Below are positions 26,601 through 39,454 of a stretch of 64,000 nt of DNA, one piece after another (position 1 is the first letter of the stretch; every line of letters begins with the position of its first letter). Location: NCBI RefSeq assembly GCF_902713615.1, contig NC_052167.1, positions 3,534,001 to 3,598,000 on the forward strand. The letters are read 5' to 3'. Below the pieces are notes generated by a model, which had not been told where the DNA came from, did not search any database, and was given only the letters and a program-made list of their open reading frames with translations. This stretch comes from Scyliorhinus canicula (lineage: Eukaryota). A program made the translations under genes and the position numbers.

Positions 26601-29600
26601 CACCACCATGGGCCAGTTAGGGAAAATGGTCTGTGGCTGTGATTTCTATTTGAAGTAAAACTAATCAACATTATTATTTAATACAAAAACAGAAAATGCT
26701 GGACAATCTCAGCAGGTCTGACAGCCTCTATGGAGAGAGAAGGGAGCTAACGTTTCGAGTCTGGACGACTGTCAGTTTTCCTTTTGATTTGAAAGAAAAC
26801 GTAGAAGCTAGTTTGCGCCGTATTTTTTAAAATCCCAACAGATTGGTAACATTTTCAGCCCCTTCACATCTTTCAAATGGAGGTTCTTAAATTTATGTAA
26901 TTAGCAAAAATTACCACCGAAAGCTCTCCCAATTTACAGCTTGTGCCTCGGAATGGTTCTACAGGAGCACTCGGCGCACACCAGGATTTCACAGGCCAGG
27001 AGGCTGCCATTTAACGAAAAGTGTAATTGATTTAGGTGATATAGGTCAACAACCTGAAACTCCTTCCCTAACAGTACTGTGGGTGTACCTACACCAAGTG
27101 AACTGCAGTGGTTCAAGAAAGCAGCTCAACACCAGCTTCTCACGATGAATGAGATCCATGAAAGAATTAAAAAACGGGAGTTCAGTAACTGACTGCATGG
27201 CGAAGTGTTACAAGTTGCTTCTGAGAGATGTGGTAAGGTTTTTAGAAATGCTTGAAATCAAAATAAAATCTGTATGAAGTGTGACCCTCTTCACACTTCC
27301 CTGCCAAATTTCTCCCACTCCTCCGACCCGCTATCCAAAAAATAAAAAGGCTCTTTGTTGGGACACAGTCCCATGGACTTTATCCAAATGTCCTCTTTGC
27401 AACACATGAGCAAGGCATCAACCGCCTTTAACACAAAGTGCTTCGTGGGAGTGGAGTTACGGCAAGAATTGATACTGAGCCAAGAAAGGAAGTGTGTAGA
27501 GCAGGTGACCAAAATGTTAGTTAGAAGCAGGTACGAAAGCAATCGAAATCCATTTCTTCTCCAGCAAAGACCACACATGATGTGCAGACTTCCAAGAAGG
27601 GTTGTTGATTGGGTTCAGGAGCAGGAAGTTTGGTTCATTGTCACTTATCCTCCTGAATCTGAGGGCACTAATATTCACAATTGTTTGACCCACATCAACA
27701 TATTTTCCCACTTTGACTAGCTGGCATAATACACGAAATAGACTGATCCCGATCAGCGCAGATGGAAACATTACACATTCTGTGGCAAATATATGTACGT
27801 GCTTTTTGTCTTATTCCCACCATCATACCTTGTGCGTGACCCCCAAGGTCAAATGTAGTGAACGTCATTCCCGCAATCGTCAGCTCTTCTGATGCTGTGA
27901 CAATAAAAAGACATCAGTTAGGAGAAGCAATCCTAGTGAACTGCAAGTAAACACGATGAGCAAATGAACAGAGGTGTATCCACATGCATACACAAAAAGC
28001 AAGGGGCAAATCCCAGTGGTCTGTCCAACGGCGAGTTGGATCTGCGACTGTTTATTCACAGTGGCGTTCGTTCACCTTGTGATTTTGAGAGCAGATACAA
28101 ATTTTATCTATGCGATTTGTAAACCTGCAGCTCATGGCACGCCATGATGTGACACAGTTGTGCCCGCAACAGCAAATGCAACTACTGGATGAAGGATCAT
28201 CAGCGCCTGATCGCCATACCTACACCTCAAACATTACCACTGAAATCGGAGGACAATCCCCTTTCTCTTAATGTTTACGGGGAATTGGGGGTGAGGGAGA
28301 GAAGAGAGGGAGATGGTGGTGTGATGGTAATGTTACCGGGCAAGTACTTTGAACATGGGTTCAAATCCCACCGCAGTAGCTGGTGAAAAACTTCAATCAC
28401 TAACTCTGGAATATAAAGCTCTTCTCTCAGTAACGATGACCATGAAACTATCATTAACTGTCGTAAAACCCTATCTGGTTCACTAGTGTCCTTTAGGGAA
28501 GGAAATCTGCCATCCTTATCTGGCCAATGTGACTGCTGATTCATAACCAGCCTTAACTGGTCCAGTAAGCCTCGGTTCAAAGGCAGTTAGGGCTCAGGAT
28601 GGGCAACAAATACTGTTCTTGTCAGCAATGCCCACAACCCGTGAAAGAATAAAGAAATAAAACAGGGGAACAATGAGAAAGGGCAGGAGGAAGTGTGTTT
28701 GCGTACGGAGAGACAATTTAGAAATGTGCCAAAGAGACAATGCTGGCACTGTCTGACAGCAAGCCAATTTGCAAGTACTTACTGGGATGTAATGTAGGAA
28801 CATGCTGTCCCAGTCTGTTATCTTTCAGCATGTGCAGTAAGGTGGTTTTTCCAGCATTATCCAAGCCCAGGAAGACCAGTTTTCCCGATTTCTTATACAG
28901 CCCTGGTAAAGTAAAACCACACTATATGAATTATAGGCTGCTTCCTGTTAGACGCTTTTCTCAGTTTAACCAGCTGCCGTGTTGATTCCATGGTGCTCTT
29001 TGAAAGAAGAGCTAAGGAGTTCTCCCCGGTACCGTGAGCAACTTTCATCCCTTAATTGAGATTCCCTTGGCGGCATGTGGCGCAGTGGATAGCACTGGGA
29101 CTGCGGCGCTGAGGACCTGGGTTCGAATCCCAGCCCTGGGTCACTGTCCGTGTGGAGTTTGCACATTCTCCCCATGTCTGCGTGGGCTTCACCCCCATAA
29201 CCCAAAGATGTACAGGTTAGGTGGATTGGCCACCCTACATTGCCCCTTAACCCTACATTGCCCCTTATTTGGAAAAAATAATAATTGGGTACTCTAAATT
29301 TCTTTTAAAAATTGAGATTCACCAGAACAGATGACTTGGTCGTTACCACCTTGCTAATTCTGGGATCTTGCTGTGCACAAATTGCTTGCCACATTTGTTG
29401 CACTACAACAATTACTACATTGCAGAAATGCTTCATTGACGATAAAGCCCTTTGAGATGTTCGGAGGTCATGAAAGATGTCAGATAAATGTATCACTATT
29501 TTCTGTTGATCACAAAACTCTCACTCAACAAAAACCTTTCAATTCTAGCAGAGTTCTGTTACGCTGCTAATGGTGGGACAGAGGAAGATGTGCTGCTTCC

Positions 29601-30524
29601 CTAGTCCACTACCTCAATTGGCGTACTGTGTCTTTTTAAAAGCACAGGTTTTCTTTGCTGAATCTTCTTAACTGTCCTTCCACCAGCCATCAACAAACTT
29701 TAAAAAAAAAAAATTTTGTGTACCCAACTCATTTTTTTTCAATCAAGGGGTAATTTAGCGTGTTCAATCCACCTACCTTGCACATCTTTGGGTTGTGGGG
29801 GCGAAACCCACGGCAACACGGGGAGAATGTGCAAACTCCACACGGACAGTGACCCAGAGCCGGGATCGAACCTGGGACCTAGGCGCCGTGAGGCGGCAGG
29901 GATAACCCACTGCGCCACCGTGCTGCCCTGCCATCAACAAACTTAACATATTATAAACTGAGCTGACAATAAAAGTTTGTGTGCGTGACATATGGAGTGC
30001 AACAATTTTCCACCTCTTCAGCGTAACTGAAACAGTTACATCAAAGTCTATAGCTGCTTTCTTATCAAGCTTGATCAGTTGCTAACCCAAATGTCGGCAG
30101 CTCTAGACTTGCGCTTCTAGTTGTGAATTGTACTAATGGGGGAAAGAGCTCGAAATATACAGAGCTCCATTCGTATCTAATGCGCAGTTGTCTCAAACCA
30201 CTAAGTTTATCAAGTGCAAAGTCCAAACATGAGCACTTTCTACAGCCTGGTTTCACGTGACATTGGAATCATACTGCGATTGGTGTCAAACCCATGAGGT
30301 TTGTGGCATCTTTTCCAATGGACCCCTATATCCAGGAGTCACAGATTCGGATTGAATGGTGGAGCCAATTTTGAGCGTTGCTCCCATCCAGTTTGCAGTT
30401 ATCCAAGACGGGGAGGGAACAACATTGGGGAAAAAAAACTGCAGGATCTGGCTTGGAGCCACTTACCCAGAAACTGTAGCATATTGGTGAAGCCATTGTA
30501 CAGCCAGTCGAGAAGGCCCGACAT
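20510..30524 (-). CDS. SAR1A: SAR1A small GTPase (COPII), 198 aa; join(30524..30467, 28902..28783, 27894..27829, 26339..26236, 25367..25236, 20626..20510)
   Basis: Coding exons of 58/120/66/104/132/117 nt with canonical splice sites. Motifs G1 GLDNAGKT, G3 DLGG, G4 NKID and G5 CSV are present. A-type residues ([21 protein letters not shown]) and adjacency to TYSND1 support SAR1A over SAR1B. Confidence 0.93.
22045..22632 (+). mobile_element. CR1 LINE 3' fragment in the last SAR1A intron
   Basis: Closely similar to 46560-47100 ([25 protein letters not shown]). Confidence 0.92.
24268..24339. repeat. Inverted repeat with perfect 25-bp arms and a 22-nt loop
   Basis: AACTTGAAAGTTAAGCACCTCTGTC ... 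GACAGAGGTGCTTAACTTTCAAGTT. Confidence 0.95.
25236..25367 (-). CDS. SAR1A: SAR1A coding exon 5
   Basis: Translates [44 protein letters not shown]. 132 nt. Confidence 0.96.
26236..26339 (-). CDS. SAR1A: SAR1A coding exon 4
   Basis: Translates [35 protein letters not shown]. 104 nt. Confidence 0.96.
27829..27894 (-). CDS. SAR1A: SAR1A coding exon 3
   Basis: Translates [22 protein letters not shown]. 66 nt with AG/GT boundaries. Confidence 0.96.
28783..28902 (-). CDS. SAR1A: SAR1A coding exon 2 (P-loop)
   Basis: Translates [40 protein letters not shown]. 120 nt with AG/GT boundaries. Confidence 0.96.
30467..30524 (-). CDS. SAR1A: SAR1A first coding exon (exon begins at 30540; [19 protein letters not shown])
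   Basis: Acceptor ttgcag at 30542/30541, start context gcaATG, donor G|gtaagt. Encodes the N-terminal amphipathic helix. Confidence 0.92.
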
Positions 30525-31529
30525 TGCTGAATAGGGTCACCTGCAACAGGAAAAAGACAAACTCAGGTCACAGAAGATCGCTGAAACTTCAGTACGAGTC
30601 CAAGGTTATAGCAGAAGAATAGAAGTGGGCCATTCAGCCCCTTTAACCTGTTCTGTCATTCATCGAGATCATAGTTTCTCTCTAACTATTGTCTCAATCT
30701 TTGAACCAGGTCAGACACAGCCTTCAATTCCATGAGTTTTAATTTTAGCTAGCAATCTTTCATGGGGAACTTCATCAAATGCCTTCTGGAAATCAATATA
30801 AACTACATCCATAGACATTACCCTGCCTACTACTTTGATTACTTCCAACTGATTCTCTCTCTTTCTCTCTATAAGAGGATGGTATACGAGTTGAACAAGG
30901 TTAAATAGAGATTTGATGGGATAAGTGAGGCATTGACGTTACGGAGGAGCAAGTTTAAAGCCCTTTATGCAGAAACAAAGCATTTGTTTACTTTGGGTAA
31001 CTGGGCCATGTCCAAAGAAAAATTAAACAAGAACAGAAATATTATAACAGCTGAGGGTAAATAATACAAAAGGATACGGCATTAGACCTAACTGAGGGTG
31101 ATGAAATCTGTCACTGTACTAGCTAAAAGCAAGGTTAAGAAGTGGTTCACTATGATAATGATAGCAAGGTCTCTTTTGGTTGCATTTGAAGACAGCAGTG
31201 GGAAGCCTTGAAGATTCCCGAGTCCAAGGTAAAGCTGAGTTTTAGAATAAATACTTCACATTACACTTCACTGCCTAAGAATTCACTGAATACTGCAGTG
31301 TAAGGCTGACACAATTAATGTGCAGATTTGGATGTGAAAATGGGTCTTTATTACTGTGAGGACCATTACAGCTGATGGGGTTAAGAAATGTGGGATCATG
31401 CTCTGTGACCTACTGTTTTTTATATTTAGCACCACCTGAGCTCAAGGATTGGCCCCAAGGTGAGGGCCAATATTCCAAAGGCAAAGCTTTAAATCCGAAT
31501 CCAGAACGAATTTGAGGCCGGTTGGAGTT

Positions 31530-34500
31530 GGGGGGCGAGGGCCGAGGGGGTGGGGTCGAGGGCCGAGCGGGGGGGGTGGGGTCGAGGGCGCGAGGGGTGG
31601 GCGCGAGGGGCGGGGGGTAGAGCGCGGGGGGGGGGGGGGGGGGGGAGAAGGCGCGGGGGGGGGAAAGGCGCGGGGGGGGGAAGGCGCGGGGGGGGGGAAG
31701 GCGCGGGGGGGGGGAAGGCGCGGGGGGGGGGAAAGGCGCGGGGGGGGAAAGGCGGGGGGGGGAAAGGCGCGGGGGGGGGAAAGGCGCGGGGGGGGGAAGG
31801 CGCGGGGGGGGAAAGGCGGGGGGGGGACGGCGCGGGGGGGGAACGGCGCGGGGGGGGGGAAGGCGCGGGGGGGGGAAGGCGCGGGGGGGGGAAAGGCGCG
31901 GGGGGGGAAAGGCGCGGGGGGGGGAAAGGCGGGGGGGTGGGGAAAGGCGCGAGGGGGGGGAAAGGCGCGAGGGGGGGGGGAAGGCGCGGGGGGGAAAGGC
32001 GCGGGGGGGAAAGGCGCGGGGGGGGAAAGGCGCGGGGGGGAAGGCGCGGGGGGGGGAAGGGCGCGGGGGGGGAAAGGCGCGGGGGGGGAAAGGCGCGGGG
32101 GGGGAAAGGCGCGGGGGGGGAAGGGCGCGGGGGGGGAAGGGCGCGGGGGGGAAGGGCGCGGGGGGGGGAAGGGCGCGGGGGGGGAAGGGCGCGGGGGGGG
32201 AAGGGGGGGGGGGAAGGGACGCGGGGGGGGAAGGGACGCGGGGGGGGAAGGGGACGCGGGGGGGGAAGGGGACGCGGGGGGGGAAAGGGCGCGGGGGGGG
32301 AAGGGCGCGGGGGGGGAAGGGGCGGGGGGGGAAGGGGGCGGGGGGGGAAGGGCGGGGGGGGGGAAGGGCGCGGGGGGGGAAGGGCGGGGGGGGGGAAGGG
32401 GCGGGGGGGGGGAAGGGCCGGGGGGGGAAGGGCGAGGGGGGGGGGGTGGAAGGGCGCGGGGGGGGAAGGGCGCGGGGGGGGAAGGGCGCGGGGGGGAGGG
32501 CGCGGGGGGGGAAGGGCGCGGGGGGGGAAGGGCGCGGGGGGGAAGGGCGCGGGGGGGAGGGCGCGGGGGGGGGAAGGGCGCGGGGGGGGAAGGGCGGGGG
32601 GGTAAGGGCGCGGGGGGGGAAGGGCGCGGGGGGGGAAGGGGCGGGGGGGGAAGGAGCGGGGGGGGAAGGGGGGGGGGGAAGGGGCGGGGGGGGAAGGGGC
32701 GGGGGGGGAAGGGGCGGGGGGGAAGGGGGGGGGGGGGGGAAGGGCGCGGGGGGGAAAGGGCGCGGGGGGGGAAGGGCGCGGGGGGGAAGGGCGCGGGGGG
32801 GGGGAAGGGCGGGGGGGGGGAAGGGCGCGGGGGGGGGGAAGGGCGCGGGGGGGGGAAGGGCGCGGGGGGGGGAAGGGCGCGGGGGGGGAAGGGGCGGGGG
32901 GGGGAAGGGCGCGGGGGGGGGAAGGGCGCGGGGGGGGGGAAGGGCGGGGGGGGGGGAAGGGCGCGGGGGGGGGAAGGGCGGGGGGGGAAGGGCGGGGGGG
33001 GGGAAGGGGCGGGGGGGGGGAAGGGCGCGGGGGGGAAGGGCGCGGGGGGGGAAGGGCGCGGGGGGGGGAAGGGCGCGGGGGGGGAAGGGCGCGGGGGGGA
33101 AGGGCGGGGGGGGAAGGGCGCGGGGGGGAAGGGCGGGGGGGAAGGGCGCGGGGGGGAAGGGCGCGGGGGGGGGAAGGGCGCGGGGGGGGAAGGGCGCGGG
33201 GGGGGAAGGGCGCGGGGGGGGAAGGGCGCGGGGGGGGAAGGGCGGGGGGGGGAGGGGGGGGGGGGGGGGAAGGGCGCGGGGGGGGGAAGGGCGCGGGGGG
33301 GGAAGGGCGCGGGGGGGAAGGCGCGGGGGGGGGGGGGGGGGGGAAGGCGCGGGGGGGGGTGGGGGGGGAAGGCGCGGGGGGGTGGGGGGGGGGAAGGCGG
33401 GGGGGGGGGGGGGAAGGCGCGGGGGGGTGGGGGGGGGAAGGCGCGGGGGGGTGGGCGGGAAGGCGCGGGGGGAAGGCGCGGGGGGGTGGGGGGAAAGAAC
33501 GCGGGGGGGTGGGGGGGAAGGCGGGGGGGGGTGGGGGGGGAAGGAGGCGGGGGGGGGGGGGGGGGAAGGGCGGGGGGGTGGGGAGGGGAAGGCGCGGGGG
33601 GGTGGGGGGGGGGGAAGGCGCGGGGGGGGGGGGGGAAGGCGCGGGGGGGGGGGGGGGAAGGCGCGGGGGGGTGGGGGGGGGAAGGCGCGGGGGGGGGGTG
33701 GGGGGGAAGGCGCGGGGGGGGTGGGGGGAAAGAACGCGGGGGGGTGGGGGGGAAAGAACGCGGGGGGGGGGGGGGGAAAGAACGGGGGGGTGGGGGGGAA
33801 AGAACGCGGGGGGGTGGGGGGGGAATGCGCGGGGGGGGGGGGGGGGAAGGCGCGGGGGGGGGGGGGGAAGGCGCGGGGGGGGGGGGGGGAAGGCGCGGGG
33901 GGGTGGGGGGGGGAAGGCGCGGGGGGGTGGGGGGAAGGGCGGGGGGGAAGGCGCGGGGCGGTGGGGGGGGAAGGCGCGGGGCGGGGGGGGGAAGGCGCGG
34001 GGCGGTGGGGGGGAAGGCGCGGGGGGGGGGGGGGTGGGAAGGGGGGGGGGGGTTGGGGGTGGGAAGGGGGGGGGTTGGGGGTGGGAAGGGGGGGGTTGGG
34101 GGGTGGGAAGGGGGGGGGTTGGGGGGTGGGAAGGGGGGGGGTTGGGGGGTGGGAAGGGGGGGGTTGGGGGGTGGGAAGGGGGGGGGTTGGGGGGTGGGAA
34201 GGGGGGGGTTGGGGGGGGGGAAGGGGGGGGGGTTGGGGGGTGGGAAGGGGGGGGGTTGGGGGGTGGGAAGGGGGGGGGGTTGGGGGGTGGGAAGGGGGGG
34301 GGTTGGGGGTGGGAAGGGGGGGGGTTGGGGGGTGGGAAGGGGGGGGGTTGGGGTGGTGGGAAGGGGGGGGGGGGGGGGGGGTGGGAAGGGGGGGGTCGGG
34401 TGGGGGTCGGGGTGGGGGGGGGGGTCGGGGTGGGGGGGGGGGTCGGGGTGGGGGGGGGTGGGTGGGGGGGGGGGGGGTCGGGGTGGGGGGGTCGGGGTGG

Positions 34501-34645
34501 GGGGGGGGGGGTCGGGGTGGGGGGGGGGGTTCGGGGTGGGGGGGGGGGGGTCGGGGTGGGGGGGTCGGGGTGGGGGGGGGGGGGGTCGGGGTGGGGGGGG
34601 GGGGTCGGGGTGGGGGGGGGGGGGTCGGGGTGGGGGGGGGGGGGT
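31530..34645 (+). repeat. G-run satellite of ~3.1 kb in SAR1A intron 1
   Basis: Hundreds of G-tracts separated by short linkers. The linker changes progressively: AAAGGCGC, then AAGGGCGC, AAGGCGC, TT/TGGGAA and finally TCGGGGT. Confidence 0.95.
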
Positions 34646-34852
34646 CTGTGTGATGTTTCCGGCCTATTTATGGCAGAATGAAGGACCTGGCGGCCATTCG
34701 GCCCAGCCGTCCGCTCCTGACCCTTCCCTCCCCCCCCCCCCCGGGGGTTGAGATTGAACCCGGCTCCGGTGGAAGAATCACCGCGCTCCCTCCCCGCGGC
34801 CCCCGCAGCCGCCCCGGTTCCTCCCGCCGGGCTCCCCCCGGGCCTCACTCAC

Positions 34853-34925
34853 CGGCCGCCACTGCCGTCCGCCCGCTCCGGAAACACACCCACTGCTTCC
34901 GGGGTCACCGACAGTCAGCTGACCC
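34853..34925 (-). promoter_or_regulatory. SAR1A: SAR1A non-coding exon 1 / CpG-island promoter with ETS-like CCGGAA sites
   Basis: CpG-rich segment with a strong donor CCG|gtgagt at 34853/34852 and CCGGAA motifs at ~34878-34902. The exact TSS is unknown. Confidence 0.7.
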
Positions 34926-35404
34926 TGAGAGAGAGAGAGAGAGGGGGGGGGGGCTAATGGCAAAGGAGGGGGAAATGGAAATTAGATTTGGGGAGGATGA
35001 AGAGAATTGGGAAAAGGAGAGACAAATAAGTAATGGGAGATAGGAAAGGAAGCACAAAAAGGAATAGAGGAACAAGGAAAGGGAAAAGGTAAAGAAAGGA
35101 AAGGGAGAGAGGAATTCAAGTAATAATAGAAAGGGGGAATGGGAAGGAAGGGATGAAATATGAGTAAGGGACATGGAAAGATGGAGAGAGCATTTCAGAT
35201 GTGAACGTGTTTGAAGAGAGGAAAAGGCAGTGGCAGATACACAGAGGACGGCAAATCATGGGAAGGGAAGGAGAGAATAGAAAAAAGGAAAGCGCAGAGA
35301 GAGATGGAAAGCACAAGCACTGGTCTCTTAAATGGTTTTATACTATTCACCTCAATTATCCCCTGTGATGATGAGTTCCACATTCTCACCACTCCCTTGA
35401 ATAA

Positions 35405-36760
35405 GACAAGTGGGTTGACAAGTGGCAAGCTACATTCGTGTCACACAAGTGCTAAGCCATGACCATCTCCTACAAGAGATGATCTATCCATCGCCCCTTG
35501 ACATTCAATGGCATTACCATCGCTGAATCCCCCACAATCAACATCCTGGGGTTACCATTGATCAGAAACTGAACTGGACTAGCCTTGGTACCAGGCAGCA
35601 CGGTGGTGCAGAGGTTGTCTCATGGCGCCGAAATCCCAAGTTTGATCCCGGCTCTGGGTCACAGTCCGTGTGGAGTTTGCACATTCTTCCCATGTTTGCA
35701 TGGGTTTTGCCCCCACAACACGGAGATGGCCAGGGTAGGTGGATTGGCCACGCTAATTGGATAAAAATGAATTGGGTACACTAAATTATTTTTTAAAATA
35801 CCGTGGCTACCAGGGCAGGTCAAAGGCTAGGAATCCTGTGGCGAGTAACTCATCTCCTGACCCTCCCAAACCCTGTCCACCATCTACGAGGCACAAGTCA
35901 GGAGTGTGATGGATGGGTCCACTTGCCTGGATGGGTGCAGCTCCAACAACACTCAAGAAGCTTGACACCATCCATGACAAAGCAGCCCATTTGATTGCTC
36001 CTCCGCCCACAAACATTCAAACCCTCCACCACCCTCCCAACAGTGGCAGCCTTGTGTACCATCCACAAGAGGCACTGCAGTAACTCGCCAAGTTTACTTC
36101 GACAGCACCTTCCAAACCCACGAGCACTATCATCTAGAACAGGGGTGGGCAAACTACGGCCCGCGGGCCGCATGCGGCCCACCAAAGGTATTTCTGCGGC
36201 CCACCAAGTCATTAAAAAAAAAAAAAAAAATTTTCTTAAGGTTAATGGGGGGGGGGGGGGGGGCTGTTGGGTTACTTACTGGTATAGGGTGGATACATTG
36301 ACTTGAGTAGGGTGATCATTGCTTGGCACAACGTCGAGGGCCAAAGGGCCTGTTCTGTGCTGTACTGTTCTATGTTCTATATGAGGCGCCCAGAATCATA
36401 ACCGGGTGAAGTAATTATTTTACTTAATATACTATGCGGCCCTTTGTGAATTGTGAATTTCTGAATGTGGCCCTTGCACGGAAAAGTTTGCCCACCCCTG
36501 ATCTAGAAGGACAAGAGCAGCAGATACCTGGGAACCCCACCACCTGGAGGTTCCCCTCCAAATCACTCACCACACGGACTGAGAAATATATCACCGTTCC
36601 TTCACTGTCCCTGGGGCAAAATCCTGGAACTCCCTCCCTAGCAGCATAGTGGGTGTACCTACACCTGAAGGGCTGCTGCGGTTCATCAAGGCAGCTCACC
36701 ATAACCTTCTGATGGGCAACTATGGGTTGGGCAGTAAATGCTGGCCTAGTCAGCGAAACC
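35405..36760 (+). mobile_element. CR1/L2-clade LINE 3' fragment, interrupted by a SINE and a hAT MITE
   Basis: Remnant W.DKWQ.TF..HKC and ILGVTIDQKLNW motifs. The 3' end GGGCAACTATGGGTTGGGCAGTAAATGCTGGCC is shared with a SINE family in this window. Confidence 0.75.
36140..36500. mobile_element. hAT (Charlie-like) MITE
   Basis: TIRs CAGGGGTGGGCAAACT/AGTTTGCCCACCCCTG with a perfect 8-bp TSD ATCTAGAA (36132-36139 and 36501-36508). Confidence 0.93.
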
Positions 36761-39454
36761 GTAAATTAATTAAAAAAAATAATGAAGGTTCTCCTGAATT
36801 CCCAACTGGAGTTAATAGTGACTATGTTATATTTAATGATAATAATATTCTTTATTATTTTTTTACATAGAATTTATAGTGCAGAAGGAGGCCATTCGGC
36901 CCATCGAGTCTGCACCGGCTCTTGGAAAGAGCACCCTACCCCCTATCCAAGGTCAACACCTCCACCCTATCCCCATTACCCAGTAACCCCACCCAACACT
37001 AAGGCAATTTTGGATACTAAGGGCAATTTATCATGGCCAATCCACCTAACCCGCACATCTTTGGACTGTGGGAGGAAACCGGAGCACCCGGAGGAAACCC
37101 ACGCACACACGGGGAGGATGTGCAGACTCCACACAGACAGTGACCCAAGCCGGAATCGAACCTGGGACCCTGGAGCTGTGAAGCGATTGTGCTATCCACA
37201 AGGCTACCGTGCTGCCTGATTATTGTCACAAGTTGGCTTCCATTAACACTGCAATGAAGTTACTGTGAAAAGCCCCTAATCGCCACATTCCGGCGCCTGT
37301 TCAGGTACACAGAGGGAGAATTCAGAATGTCCAATTCACCTAACAACACGTCTTTCGGGACTTTGGGGAGGAAACCGGAGCACCCAGAGAAAACCCACGC
37401 AGACACGGGGAGAAAATGCAGACTCCGCACAGACAGAGACCCAAGCCGGGAATCGAACCTGGGACCCTGGAGCTGTGAAGCAACGGTGCAACCACTGTGC
37501 TGCCATGCCCCATTTATGGCCTTTTGTGGTATTACATACATAAGAATGACATTCAGCTTCCTGATATCCCCATCCAGGGGTTCCCGAGGGCAGAAACTGT
37601 ATAGCTGATCTTTCCAGCCATGACCGTTTGATCTTCTGCAGTCACTACAGAGCAGGAAATTCATACAGTTTGTGAGCATGGTAGGGCCAGGGAAGGCTTC
37701 TGCTCTTTGCCTTTGGTGTGTTTGAATTGTATCATTCTTTAAGTGTGACATATAGGAATCCATGATGTGCTCACAGTGGACCTAAACTTTGGGCACTGGT
37801 GTTTTTGTGCGGTCTGGATTCAAATCAACATTTTGCATATGTGATGATTGGAAGAATTTAGGAACATTGGATTGACATGTATTGGGCAATTTAAGGGTTA
37901 AAATCCTGGGGTTAGAATGTGTTTGATTGCAATGGTCATGTTTTTTTCAAAACATACTTCTGTTCTGTAGTGCCTGGGTGGTCTCAGCAGCCAGAAGAGA
38001 AATTGAGAAATGAATGTGCTTTTTGGTTTGGGCTAATGTGCCGTGGTTTGAATGGGGAAGTCCCTGGGGAGTTAATGTGCCACAAATCCCTGGAAAGCAA
38101 GTTTGTTTTTTAGCTTTGGGAGATGACATCAGTGCTGGATGGAGCTGAGAGAGACGTGTTTGATTTGGCAACCCTTGTCCTTTTAGACCAAAGTAAAGGC
38201 AGTTTTCTTTCTCAGTAGGATAGTTACAAAAAAAAGAGTAATAATATTTCAAAGCAGAGCAGCCTTGTCTGAAGACAAGGAAGAGGCTGAAACAACTTAG
38301 TTGAAGCAGTTATTTGAAGACATTCAGCCAGAGTCTGAAGGAGTTCTAAAAAGAGCCAGAATCTGTTCTGTACCACAAGCATTACTCTATGCCCTACTGA
38401 TTTTTATGGTGGATTGAGAGCTGTATGTTTTGTCGTTTAATGGAAATCAAGTAGTAGTGTTGAAGGGTTATACATCCACCTGAGGGAGCAGATGGGGGTT
38501 GGTTTAGCGTCTCAATCCCAAACGTCCTCTGACAGTGCTGCACCCCCTCAGCACTGCACTGGATCATCAGCCTAGATTGTCGTGCATGGGCCTGGCATGG
38601 TACTCGAACCCACAACCTTGTGACTCAGAGGTGAGAGTGTTAACCTCTGAACCACGGCTGACAAAATTGAATCGCATTGTGACATTTCAGCGTTGAGTCT
38701 CACGTAGAATTAAACAGCAACAGGACCAAGGTGACTGGGGGCGGGGAGGCTTGGCGTAGTACCCCGGTTAGAAACCAGGCAAGGAATAGAAGCTCTTGGG
38801 AAAATGAAATAAATTAATCAGATGAACATTAATCTTCAGCATCGTTATAGTCGGCAACGGAATCCACCTGTGTTTTCTGGAAATGTTACATCCAAGTCAA
38901 GTTATCCCACAATATCTCAGGTGAATGTAAGATTTGTACCACCAGTAGAATACCTGGAGTCTCTTCCACGTTTGGCCACGTTGTATGCGGAAGTTTTTCC
39001 TGGGAACGGTCTTAAACTGGGCATGTGCTAGTTTTGATTGGAGCCCTGGTTGTGATGAAACCTCCTGCCCCGCCCATCATTTCTTTTCCACCATGAATCA
39101 TTGGACTCATTGTCAGCACATCATTTCCTACCTTTAACTCTTCCGATATTGGGGAAGAGCCAGGAATCTGTGCATTGTTGCTAAACTGCGGAATTAAATC
39201 CACCGACCCCGGCCCTTAGCCTGCAGAGAGCAAGTCTAACGTTAGGATTCTGTGCAGCAGAACACAAACGCAATGAGTTATCACTTATGGCTTCGCAACA
39301 CTTAGCTCTGAGTCAGAAAGTATCAGGTTCAACTTTCACTCCAGAGACCTGAGCAGCATGTGATCTCCTAGAAGAAGCTGATACTCTCAGGGCAGTACTG
39401 AGGGACATCTGCTCTCTGAACTGGACGTAAATGTTTTTTCCCCCCCAAAATATA

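Noticed and set aside
31489-34848. 1119-aa Pro-rich and 1079-aa Gly-rich ORFs
   Set aside because: They are by-products of a G-run satellite that lacks stop codons. Several frames are open and the region is intronic to SAR1A.
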